DNA from: Anolis carolinensis
Lineage: Eukaryota
Assembly (NCBI RefSeq): GCF_035594765.1
Contig: NC_085844.1
Span: 64,991,923-65,055,922 of the forward strand
DNA length: 64,000 nucleotides
Reading direction: 5' to 3'
Numbering within the stretch: the first letter of the stretch is position 1; every line of letters starts with the position of its first letter. Positions 1-11,124 of the stretch are shown piece after piece. The position numbers and the translations under genes were made by a program. The notes under the pieces were generated by a model. That model made no database searches. It saw nothing but the letters and a program-made list of their open reading frames with translations, and was not told the DNA's origin.

Positions 1-310
1 CAATCAAGATATGCTACATCCACAGCATTCCTTGCATCTATCAAGCTTATAACTCTATAAAAAAAGAGATTAGTCTGGCACAACTTGTTTTTGAGAAATC
101 CATGTTGACTTTTAGTGATCACAGCATTTTCTCTTTGTGATTACAGACTTCTTACTGATCTGCTCCAAAATCTTTCCTGTTGTCAGGCTAACTGGACAGT
201 AATTGTTTGGGTCCTCCCACCCACCCACCCCTCTTGAAAATAGGGACATTCCCCCCCCCCCTTGCCGGGACATCTCATGTTCTCCAAGAATTCTGAAAGA
301 TTATGGTTCA
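1..310 (-). mobile_element. CR1 LINE ORF2 reverse transcriptase fragment (degenerate; runs off window start)
   Basis: The minus strand translates in pieces to NVPIFK...NYCPVSLT...ITKSQHGFLKNKLCQTNL...YRVISLIDARNAVDVAYLD, which are CR1 RT motifs. Frameshifts are present. Confidence 0.85.
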
Positions 311-1085
311 AGACATGACTTGAGGGCACATACACGCACATTGCAAGACATATCTGCAAGCTAAATCTGTTTAATTTTAAAATTAGATATTGTAAGAATA
401 ACTGAATTGAAAGCTTACTTGACAGACGACTTGAAGGTGCAACCACAAAGACCTATAAAGCCTCCATCTACTTTGACCTGGCATTTACATTTCCAAAATA
501 TATTGACTACTGTCAGAAATGCTGCTGTGTTTCAAACTGCCTCTGCAATCTCAACTGCATAATACTCTGTTTTGTATCAGCTTTGAGGACATTGTGATCA
601 TGCTAATTAAAAGCAGCTTGAAAATTAGTTTTTGTCATACCTTGAAACCTCAATCAAAAATTTATCTGGTGTTCACCACTTCAGGAAGGAAAAAGACAAT
701 AATATAAGCCTTGAATATCAAAGGGACTCTAATCCAATGACTATTTGAAACACCTAAGAACTCAATTCTATAAACTTCTTGTGCTGAGGAAACAAGCTGA
801 CATTGAGCCAGACACTGGTGACTAGAACAAGAGCCATCAGGGACTCTAAAGAGGATGAAAGCTTGGGCTAGAAACAGATGAAAGACTTCATTTGGGCTTG
901 CACAATTTAGTCCTGTTCATATGTGCACAACCTGATAAACCAGCCTTTTTGTGCTTGTAGCCAGATAAAACAGCTATGGCAGACCTGTTCATGTGTACAG
1001 ATTGTCATCCTGGAGAGTTCTATTTGCATTCAGGCAAATGTGAAGAAAATTTCTATTCAGACTTTGCTATTGAACGGAGCAAGAT

Positions 1086-1089
<4 letters not shown>

Positions 1090-1116
<27 letters not shown>
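1090..1116. repeat. (GT)n microsatellite
   Basis: Direct dinucleotide run. Confidence 0.95.
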
Positions 1117-3589
1117 GCTCACCCTGGTCATGGTAGTGCAAAATGTTCTCTTATATTAAACCTTTTCTGTTCAGGGTGAACATATGAACAGAACCTCTTC
1201 TGGCCACCAAACATGGATTATAGATCCTAAAATCATGCAAAATGAGACAATTCAAGGAGCTGTAATAAAAAAAATACTAATGCTGCTGAGTTCTGTCCTA
1301 AACCTTACCGATATACTTATATATAGATCTACAGATTTTAATTTTTAAAATCCCCAAAAACGTGACCAACTTATCCATAGGTCATTGTGTGTGTGTACTA
1401 TACCCTAACTCTTTTCATAAAAAGAAACATTTCAATCTCTGAGTAGAATGGTGAAAGACAAGAACTTTGTCCACCCTGGGAGAACCTAAAAGAAGTAACA
1501 AGTCCCCTCAGCTCTCCCTATCATGGTTCCACTTATAGCCTTTTTGAACACCTGGGTGGTGAAATGGTGATGGCATCCAGGGAAGTTATTCTCAGAATTG
1601 GCACTGATGTTTTCCCTTCTCCGTGGAATTGTCCTCACCATATCCATCGGTCCTATCAAAACTCATAATTTTGCCCCCAGAAGTATTAGATAAAGGACAA
1701 AACTCAGAAATACTGTTTTGGACTCCAGCTCCTTGAAAATACATAGAGAGAGGGAGAGAAGTATTTGGTTGGTAATTTTTTTTTAGTATTTGTAAATCAA
1801 CAAATGGCACTGGTGCAGGAAATCAACACTGTAATAAAGAAAAACATCTACATCTGACAATATATTGACAATTCCCTGTCAAAACGAATGTTTACTACAT
1901 ACTGGATTGCTCTCCTTATTTACACTCTTATCTAAAGAGTGAGAATAAGCTGTGGAACATTGCCTGGCAATCTAAAGCTCATATGTTGAAGTCAACATTA
2001 CTAGGAAATCTCCAAAGCTTCAAACTGAGCAACAGAAGTTTGCAGATCACAAAGTTCAGCTCTGGTTGAAGAGTAAAAGGTGATAGCAAATCCTTTCTGA
2101 ATAACTACTTTGGAAGAAATTATTCTTGGAAAAAGCTTAGACTCTGCAGAAAGTCATCTTATTCACTTTGCGGTGGCAGCACAGGAGAATTTCTGTCTGA
2201 ACTTCAGCTAAATAGTGCAGCATTTTGATATTTTATGCACTGAATTTAGGTTAAAGAGCACAACACATGGAGATCAAAAGCAGGTGAAATATTATAGCAG
2301 AGAGCTAGAGCTGGTGGCTGATTGGTATGGGAGGTCTAACCTAGACCGGCAACAAGGGTGCAGAGGGACCAATAAAAATTGGATGGCAGCTTCATTCTTA
2401 GACAGGAAGCTTCTGGGTTCTTAGAAGATAAATTAAGAGAACAAGGGAAGCTCACCTTTGAAAGTCAGCTTTATCCTGGCTGAGCACTGACAAGGTGATC
2501 TGTGCTTGATGTGAATGCTGAGACATCAGCTTTTGGACTCCGATTGTGGGTGTTAAATGTGAAATGCTTTTTACAATGCTATTTATGTACCTGATTTGCT
2601 TTATGTCATTTTGTTTCACTTCCCCTGATTGGTGGGATGGTTAGGGTATGTTTTGGGGGTCCCTTTCTATTGAAGGTCACAAACAAGGGGATTTTTTTTG
2701 GAATTTTGGAAATTTCTCCATATTCAAACTTAGATTAAATGTATTTTCATTAGTTCAAATGTCAATTGATCTCAGATTTTTTTGCAGCCAATGTAGAATG
2801 CAATTTGTGCTGGTAGAAGGAGATTTATCACCAGGCTCTTGCTTAATCCTAACTACTTTTAAGTTGAGACATCTTTAAATTAAGATTGGGCTAATCCTTT
2901 GGGCTATGCTCATTAACAATGGTTTCACATAGTAACTACCAGCACTCCAGAATCTTTGGAACAGAAGCTTCTCTTTTTGAAGCAGCAGGGCTGACGTGTA
3001 AAATGCCTTGAATATTATTTTCCAGCAAATGATGTCTAAGATATTTAGACAAATAAAATGGGAAGCCAAGTTGGGGTTGCCAAGTCTCAGGGAACCATTG
3101 TTTTTCTCCAGTTTTCTAACAGTTTTCCTGCAACATGTGAGATAGTTTGAAGTCTGGACATTCACCTCCCGTTTGTTGGCAGTACCATCTGGCCTAGCAT
3201 GAAGGTATGTGTACATTTGTTACACTGGTACAGCATTGGTGTATAATCAGAAGCCAGGTGAGAGAAATTGAAAGAGATATGATAATTGTATAGCTTTGGT
3301 TCCATCATTCCATTTGAGATCAGGCATAGAGTAGAATATTAACATTGTGTCTCAAAAGATTTCATGTTGAATAAGTCCTGAGATCAGGAGATCTTGGGTA
3401 GAAAGTTCCCTGGGAGCTGATGGAGGACCAAAATCTCTAGCACAGCCCAGAGAACTAAAAAAAACTCCCTCATATCATAGGTGCTGTAGGCAAGGCCATG
3501 CAGGATAAAGCCCTGTTAGGAATGACAGAAACTGGGCATATTTTGCCCTCAACTGAATAGTTGAAAAATGCTGTCTTCCTACCTTCCTC

Positions 3590-4495
3590 TCAATCACCAA
3601 GATGAAGAAGAACAAACTGAAAACAATTTCAGATAAGACAGAGGTGCTTACAATTAGAGGTCCCAATCTGGGGTTGGAGGTGTTAACTCGTTTTGGATGG
3701 GGTTGCACTCCGTCTGAAAACCTGTATTTGCAACTTGTACATGCTTCTTGATCTTCTTCTCCAAATGTCAGCTCAGATAGATGTGATGGTCAGGAATGCT
3801 TATTATCAGCTTTGGTTTATAAGCCAAATGTGCTGCTTCCTATAATTTGAAGACCTAAAGATGGTAGTGCATGTGCTGGTAATCTCAAGATTTGATGTAT
3901 ACAGTGTGTTATACATTGGGCTGCACCTCTGTACCAAGTTTGGAAACTCTAATTATTCCAAAATATGGTAGCCAGATTGGTTATTGGTACATCTAGGAGT
4001 GATCAAATTACACCTATATTAAAAATCACTCCACTGGTTGTCATTAGTTTCCAGGCAAAGTGTTGGTTATGACCTTTAAAGCCCTACATGGTTTGGATCC
4101 AGGTTACCTGCACAATCACCTTCTCCAGTACAATCTGCCCTGCACTCTCAGTTCTTCTGAGAGATGCTTACTTCAATTGCCACTCAGAAGACCTTTTTGT
4201 TGGCCACCCTTAGACTGTGGGGTGACCTGCTAAAAGAGATTTGACCACTAAACGGGTAGTCAGAAGGGCCTGTCTCTTCTAGTGGGCATACCCAATCAGT
4301 GTTAACCTATGCATTTTAAATTGATATTTTATAAATATAATTGATTTCAATGTGCATTTTAATCTTCTGTGTATGTTATGCGTTTTAATCTGTTTGTTTC
4401 AAACTGTTTAATTTTAATCTATTTGTCTACTTTAACTATTTTTATCTATTTTAATTATGTTGTACCCCATTTCAAGCCTTAGCGAGGAGCTGGAA
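3590..4495 (+). mobile_element. L2 LINE 3' fragment (ORF2 C-terminus plus AT-rich 3' UTR), degenerate
   Basis: Remnant peptides KNKLK..DKTEVL, LDGVAL, VVHVLVISRFD, QNMVARLVIG, ITPILK.LHWL and VMTFKALHGLDPGYL. An AT-rich tail follows and ends at an (ATT)n run. Confidence 0.85.
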
Positions 4496-4588
4496 TTATT
4501 ATTATTATTATTAGTAGTAGTAGTAGTAGTAGTATTAGTATTATAATTATTAGTGTTGCTATCACTGTCATCATCATCATCGTCATCG
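4496..4588. repeat. Compound trinucleotide microsatellite (ATT)n(AGT)n...(ATC)n, likely derived from the L2 tail
   Basis: Direct repeat runs immediately after the L2 3' end. Confidence 0.85.
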
Positions 4589-5129
4589 CTATTTTATCTA
4601 GATTTTATTTGAATTTTGGACCCATTGTCCTCATACACATTTCCTTCACCAGATGCCCTGAACGCAGTTCAAGCTGATTTCTCATCTCCTGCTTGTCCCA
4701 CCTCTTAGAAACTGTAAGGATCCCTGCATGGCATCATAGGGTGTTCTAGACTTTGCTCTTGAAACATCAGGAAATGAAATACTATCATCTTAGCAACCAC
4801 ATTCAAGATTTAATGCAAAAGTCCAGACTAAAATTTATGATATTTGAAGAAAAAAGTAAAATATATAAGAAACAATCAGTTGTGGTTTAGCTTATGCTAT
4901 CTTCCAACTATGGAATATTGTGAAATGATTACATGTGATGTAAAATAGTCTAATATGATTTTTTCTTGTTATAAATTTGGCTGAGAACATGGATCACAAA
5001 TCAGGTGCCCTGCTTTACCTTCATAGGCAAACTCTGGATGAGGAGATCAAAGATGGTAGGCTTCAAAAGAAGAAAGTAGAAGAGGCTACAACTCCTCTGG
5101 GCTCTTCAGCTGGTTCAGGATGAAGGTAC

Positions 5130-5600
5130 TGTCACGGAGGCCAGAAAAGTCTGCACACCCTCAGGAGAAGTGGTCACAGGAGGGACCATGTGCATGAACT
5201 TAGCTGTACTGAAATACACAAATGCAGCAGAGATTAATATGCTCTGATGAGCAATAGTTAGCTTGTTCTAGTAACTGCTTATTATAAGCACTAATTCTTC
5301 AAATGCTGACTGCTGGATTCAATATCTACTTTGCTTTGCCAGGAAACATGCTTCTAGCACTCCTCTCTGCTTTTGGATTTTCTTTATTAAATTTGGCAGT
5401 TTTTCTGGATTCCTGGTAGACTTGGTCCCTGGTTGGGTTTTTTTTGGTTTTTTGTTTTTGTTTTGACCAACCAGTAAGGCATTGCTAAACTTGGACTGCT
5501 TACTTATGATGTTGTCTCTGTCTACTGCTACTAATGCTGACATTCTCATGGCTTTCTGAACTTCCACTCAGGCCTTGGGTCTTCCTCTATTTGCCAGTCT
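5130..5600 (+). mobile_element. Possible old Gypsy-type LTR remnant
   Basis: TGTCACG start at 5130 preceded by a purine-rich stretch (CAGGATGAAGGTAC). TATAAG at 5283 is followed about 29 nt later by GCTGGATTCAAT, which resembles the GCGGAGTCAAT start motif of the intact LTR. The 3' boundary is unknown. Confidence 0.35.
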
Positions 5601-5997
5601 CCTACATTGCCTGCTTGCTCTGAGGAATTCCCACTAAGGAATTCCTACTTGGCTAAGGCATTACAGCCACAAGAAACAAGACATTCCTTCTGTTTCCTAA
5701 TACCTAAACTCCTAAAGCAAAATTCGACAGCCACTATGGTCAGAAAAGCACTATTCTCAAACATGAGAAATATAGTTCAAGTGCTGCATACTACCTAGCA
5801 AATGTATTTGATGCCTTAGATAATTTTTCTTATTTGTGAAAGAGTGCGGTGACCTATAGATTATCTTCTGATTTAAAAAAGAAATACTAAAACAATCAAG
5901 GAGAGGTCAGAAACATGACAAAACAGTTACCCATGTCTTCAGACCATTTAAATAAATTTAGACTTTAAAAGGTTTTCAAAACGGCATGCAGTGGAAG

Positions 5998-6110
5998 CAG
6001 GGCCGTAGCCAAAAAAACGTGCACACACACACAAACACGGGTACAGGCCTGTCAATATCTGCTTGAGATAATGCCAGGAGGGACACTTATTTTTTTGTGT
6101 CTCATAGATA
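5998..6110 (+). mobile_element. hAT MITE fragment, same family as 17163-17446
   Basis: Shares the CAGGGCCGTAGCC terminus and the internal CCTGTCAATATCTGCTTGAGATA...TCTCATAGA sequence with the 17163 copy. Confidence 0.7.
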
Positions 6111-6861
6111 TCCCATTCAGAAAATCTGACTACTCTATCTTGGTGGAGGCATCCCCATACCCTCTAGCTAAACACACAAACTCCAACCACCAAGGAAAAG
6201 TTCCAACTTGCCTAAAGGAAGACTGCAACTCCCATGAATCCATACCATTGAGCCATGCAGTTACAAGTGGGGCCAAACTGTATTACTTCAACAGTGCAGC
6301 TGCAGCCTTGCTCATACAATGAACCATCCGGTTATCCATGCACCTTGTTGCACTTTGCCAGGACACTGAATTAAGTCAAGACTTCCAATTTGCCAAATCC
6401 ACTTCCTTTCCAACCAGGAAAAGAGGTTCTCTCTCTGCTGGTATGTTTGCATAACTACTCCCCACGAGTCATGACTCTGCATTTCAAGTGCCTACTACTG
6501 AGCTTCAGCTTCTCCTTCCTTGGATACTCCCCTGCCCACCCTGCAGAGCCTGCCTCCCTCTGAAGGAGCAGAAGACTTGCACACAGCCCTTCTCTGGCCC
6601 TTTGCCAGGAGACACAGCTGAATTCCCCTCCCTTTCAGCAAGACTCCAGAGAACACACCCTCAGATACAATCACAGGCCACCTTCCCACACCTGTGAGAT
6701 GGGCTTCTGAAACACTGTTGCATCTGCGACTGTCAGAACATTGTAGTTAAAAGCAGCCAGCCATAGCCTTTTTGAGCAAGTAGAAGAAAACATCCCAGCC
6801 ACCTTTTGGACAACCTGACTCTGTGTAATATTCTTACTGACTCTTCTCTGAATGAGAATTT

Positions 6862-7462
6862 CTGTGTGTTTCTCAGCCTGCAGGGCCAGAATCCAGAGAT
6901 ATTCTCTCCTGACATTTCACCCACATCTATGGCAGGCATCCTCAGAGGTTGTGAGGTATACTGGAAAAAAAAACTAAGCAAGGAAGGTTTATATTAAACA
7001 TCTGTGGAAGTTCCAGAGTGGGAGAAAGAATTCTTGTCTGTTGGAGGCAGGTGTGAATGTTGTTAATCACCTTGATTAGCATTAATGGCCTTGCAAACTT
7101 CATGTCCTGGCTTCTTCCTGCCTGGGGGAATGCTTTGTTTGGAGGCGTACGCTGCCCCTGATTGACTCATGTCTGGAATTCCTCTGTTTTCAGAGTGTTG
7201 TTCCTTATTTACTGTTCTGTTTTTTGAGGTTTTTTTAAAATATTGGTAGCCAGATGGTGTTCATTTTCATGGTTTCCTCCTTTCTGTTGAAATGGTCCAC
7301 ATGCTTGTGGATTTCAGTGGCTCCTCTGTGTAGTCTGAAACGGTGGTTGTGAGAGTGGTCCAGCATTTCCGTGTTCTCAAATAATATACTGTGTCCAGGT
7401 TAGTTCATCAGGTGCTCTGCTATGGCCAACTTCTCTGCCTGAATCAGTCTGCAGTGCCTTTT
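6862..7462 (-). mobile_element. Penelope-like element (PLE) 3' fragment: GIY-YIG endonuclease C-terminal part plus pLTR
   Basis: The minus strand encodes RHCRLIQAEKLAIAEHLMN*PGHSILFENTEMLDHSHNHRFRLHRGATEIHKHVDHFNRKEE. It is homologous to copies at 8175, 9747 and 27249. Confidence 0.9.
6906..6950 (-). ncRNA. Minimal type I hammerhead ribozyme motif in the Penelope pLTR (CpG-decayed)
   Basis: The minus strand reads CCU-CUGAGGA-U-GCCUGC-cauagau-GUGGGU-GAAA-UGUC-AGG. This gives the CUGANGA and GAAA core boxes, stem II, a GUC cleavage triplet and a short stem I (CCU/AGG). Confidence 0.7.
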
Positions 7463-7491
7463 GTCTGCTGGAGCAGGAAAGGGAAGGTGGC

Positions 7492-7612
7492 ATCTCTGGC
7501 CCTTCGGATGTTTTGGACTTTAACTCCCACAATTTCCAACAGCCGGTAGGCTGTTAGGAATCGTGGGAGTTAAAGTCCAAAACACCTGGAGGGCCAGAGT
7601 TTGCCCAGGCCT
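7492..7612. mobile_element. Palindromic hAT-Charlie-type MITE
   Basis: TGTTTTGGACTTTAACTCCCAC and GTGGGAGTTAAAGTCCAAAACA form a fold-back, with a TTTGCCCAGGCCT terminus. Confidence 0.75.
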
Positions 7613-7760
7613 CTACACTGTACATATAATGCAGCCCAACACAGCTTTAACTGCCATGGCTCAATGCTTTGTGTTCCTGGGAGTTGTAGTTTTACAAGGT
7701 CCTTTAGCCTTCTCTAGACTGGTGCCTCACCAAACTATGAATCCCATGATTCCATAGCCT
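7613..7760. mobile_element. Dispersed palindromic non-autonomous DNA element (family also at ~6200-6310, 7980-8165, 19840-20055, 31345-31545 and 33950-34012)
   Basis: The motifs TTTAACTGCCATGGCTCAATGC...GGGAGTTGTAGTTT...CCAAACTA recur at several places in the window. Confidence 0.7.
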
Positions 7761-7801
7761 AGAACATGAAACCTATCCACATCTTTACTTTATTACAGAG
7801 T

Positions 7802-7900
7802 CAAGGATGGAGAGAACTTGGGGCCCTCCAGATGTTTCCTGAACTGTGCATCCCATCATCCATCATCACTGTATTTTGGATGATGGGAGTTGCAGTCCAA
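7802..7900. mobile_element. MER3/MER5-like hAT MITE remnant
   Basis: GGCCCTCCAGATGTT...CATCCCATCATCC...GGATGATGGGAGTTGCAGTCCAA hairpin-type core. Confidence 0.55.
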
Positions 7901-7979
7901 TATACACCCCAATATACACTTTACCTTAGGTTGTTGTGAATCATGCCATCATCGCCTTCACAAAATGATCCCTAGTCTG

Positions 7980-8165
7980 TGGATGCATCTGTAATGTAGG
8001 ATTAATAGTTTGATATCACTTTAACGACTCAATGCTATGGAATCATGGAGCTGTAGCTTTGCAAGATCTTGTCTTCTCTGCCAAAGAATGCTGAGGTCTC
8101 AGCAAACTACAACTCCCAGGATTCAATTGAGCATTGGGCCATGGCAGTTAAAGTGGTGTCAGACC
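7980..8165. mobile_element. Dispersed palindromic non-autonomous DNA element
   Basis: CTCAATGCTATGGAATCATGGAGCTGTAG...CTACAACTCCCAGGATTC...CATTGGGCCATGGCAGTTAAAGTGGTGTC, an imperfect fold-back of the same family as 7613. Confidence 0.7.
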
Positions 8166-8174
8166 AGGATCACT

Positions 8175-9019
8175 GGGTTGCTGTGAGTTTTCTGGGATGT
8201 ATGGCCCATGGCCTGCCTCCGCAGCCTGGCCTGGCCTTCGCCCTCAAGGCCAGGTCTCCAGGCTGTCTGGCCGTCTTCCAGAAGCTTTCTCTCCTGACCT
8301 CAGAGGTTGTGAAGTCTGTTGGAAGCTAGGTAAGTGGGGTTTATATATCTGTGAAAAGTCCAGGGTGGGAGAAAGGGCTCTTGTCTGTTTGAAGCTAGTG
8401 AGAATGTTGCAATTGGCCAGCTTGATTAGCATTTAATGGCCTTGCAGGTTCAAAGCCTAGCTGCTTCCTCCCTGGGGGCATCCTTGGTTGGGAGGTGTTA
8501 GCTGGCCCTGATTATTTCCTGTCTGGATTTCCCCTGTTTTCAGAGTGTTGTTCTTTATTTACTGTCCTGATTTTAGAGTTTTTTTTAATACCAGGGGCCA
8601 GATTCCCTTTTGGTAGCCTTTTAATTCCTACAGATTCCTAAGGACCCTCAGGGCTCTTCCACACAGCCATATCACCCAGAATATCAAGCAAGAATAACTC
8701 ACAATATCTGCTTTGAACTGGGTTATCCGAGTCCACACTGCCCTATATCCCAGTTCAATTCGCAAATATAGTAATTCCTACAGAACATTACCATGTATTG
8801 AACTGCTTTTTCTGTTGATTTATTGTAAAACATGATGGTTTGGTGCTTAATTTGTAAAATCATAATGTAATGGGATGTTTAATAGGCTTTTCCTTAATCC
8901 CTCCTTATTATCCAACATTTTTGCTTATCCAATGCTTTTATTTTTCAGTGATTGGTTTTTTGGGGGGGGGGGCAAAATTCTGTTTGCTTACACTTGAAAA
9001 TTACCTAGGGCCGGCCCTG
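8175..9019. mobile_element. Composite hAT-type non-autonomous element carrying Penelope (8175-8605, minus), Harbinger-MITE-like (~8650-8760) and Mariner-MITE (~8770-8935) fragments
   Basis: The Penelope segment matches 6862-7260 and the Mariner segment is the reverse complement of 33322-33485. The block ends in a hAT-type terminus CTAGGGCCGGCCCTG. I did not find the left TIR. Confidence 0.6.
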
Positions 9020-9746
9020 ATCAGAATGCAGCCATAGTATCTGATAACCAGCACTTCTTTCTGACTTGCCCAACTATTATTTAATGATGCATGAAAACAC
9101 ATTTATATGAATGACTATTGCCTTTCCACTACAATTTCAGAATATTAAGTTAGGTCTGGACAATTTATCAGCACAATTCTTCTTATTGGTGGATTGATGC
9201 TCTATCATGCAAGCAAAAGGGGCCATGAATAACTACATAACTGGCCATGTGGAATTTCATAATCCTTATTAAAATGTCATGATTTTGGTATATTGTACTG
9301 AAGCACCTGTTTGCCAGAAGAGAGCTGGTCATAGTTAGGCCCGTCAAGCTATATGTATAATCTCTGTTAAAAATGCACTATTGCATATTGTACCATTATA
9401 TATCTTTGTTCAGCTATTCATTTCTAGATTAAATTGTCTTATATGTTTTAGTATTATATAACAGTTGACTACTTATTGTTTTGCTTTTTGATATTTGTTA
9501 TAGATATCTGTGCCTCTTGGATACTTATGTTACCACCCTGCTTGTATTGAGCAAATGATATTCATTTGAATATGATTTAAATGCTTTGCACCATTAGAAT
9601 TATTTGATTATTGGTGTCCTTGATCAATACAGCGATTCTCCTGGCCCATTTGGTCAACATTGTCAATAGGGTTGCAGGGGTGGAACTTCAATGCTTTTGT
9701 ACACCTAGCCTGAATATATCCAGTGTGTTATTAATTTATTGATTGG

Positions 9747-9931
9747 GTTGTTGTATGTTTTCCGGGCTATATGGCCATGTTCTAGAAGTATTCTCTCCTA
9801 ACATTTCGTCCACATCTATGGCATCCTCAGAGGTTGTGAGGTATGGAGAAACTAAGCAAGGTGACTTTGAATCATCCAAGCATCCTTCAGCTTATATATC
9901 TGTGGAAAGTCCAGGGTAGGAGAAGAACTCT
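9747..9931 (-). mobile_element. Short Penelope pLTR fragment
   Basis: GGTTGTTGTATGTTTTCCGGGCTATATGGCCATGTTCTAGAAGTATTCTCTCC...GGCATCCTCAGAGGTTGTGAGG. TTATTGATTGG occurs on both sides. Confidence 0.85.
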
Positions 9932-10872
9932 TTAAATAAATGAATCTTATTGATTGGTTTCTTATAAATCAATCTTATTAATCAATTTAATAACTCTTTA
10001 AATAAATCAATCTTATTGATTGGTTTCTTTGAAGTTCTTAAAATGTAATATGCCATACAGAGTTGCCATACATCAAAATCACCTCAATGGCAATTAACAA
10101 ACAACATGACATCATTTTCAAAACACTACTGGATAAGAATATTTCAACTTATCCCAGGGAAAACCCTCTCTCAGTTACCATTTTTAAAAAAGCTTGGCAC
10201 TTCTGATCTCTTCTGGAAGAGTCAAGGTATGAATTTCATTTCATAGTTTGTGCTGAAGAAAGAAAACTGAAAACAAAGTCATGTATTTTAAGTATCTTGA
10301 AAATCTGTATGTCTTTTTCTACTTTTATATTATTTGAGTGTGGAAAGCTTAGAATAATGACTATATCTGGAATAATGATTATAGAATGGAATAGTCAACA
10401 GCAGCATACTATTGCAAAAAGAATTACTGATCCATACCTATTGGCCATGCTGGCTGCAGTTTTCCAGAAGTTATAGTACAAAAAGCTTGGTGAACTACGC
10501 ATTAAATAAATAAGTATGCTGCTAGAGCTGACTTTAACAAAACATTAAAGCAAGCATGCATGCATCTATTCAGCACTGGTAAGGGAAAATTAAAACTTCA
10601 TGTCATTTTTTTCTCTGAAATCCCATGCTCACCCTTCACACACTGGATTTTAAAGAGGAAGGCTATTGTCATGCTATCAAAGTGACCCTTCATTATTATC
10701 CCCTTATGAATGAGGGCCCTTCTACACTGATACTATAATGCAGCTGAAAGTCTGCCACAATATCCACAAAACACACACCGCCAATGAGTGATGCATTACA
10801 CATCAAAGATAATACAGCAATTTAAAAGAATTCCAGGGAAGACTGATTGTCAATCTAATCACCTGCAGTGAA

Positions 10873-11124
10873 ACCAGTCCAGGTTATCTGAAGGACCACA
10901 TCCCTTTTTATGAACCTGGGAGACATCTATGATCTACTGGGGAGGGCCTTCTCTCGGTCCTACCATCAATTCAAGCACTCTTCGTGGGACCACAGGAGGG
11001 GGCCTTTTCAGTGGCTGCTCCAAGGCTGTGGAACTCCCTCCCAAGAGAAACCAGTATGGCCTCATCCCTGCTGACCTTCTGCAAGCAGGTAAAGACCTTC
11101 TTCGGCCAACAGACTTTTGGGTAA
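10873..11124 (+). mobile_element. Inverted C-terminal segment of the adjacent L2 ORF2
   Basis: The plus strand encodes PGYLKDHIPFYEPGRHL*STGEGLL...AFSVAAPRLWNSLP...LLTFCKQVKT, the extreme C-terminus of L2 ORF2. Confidence 0.8.
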
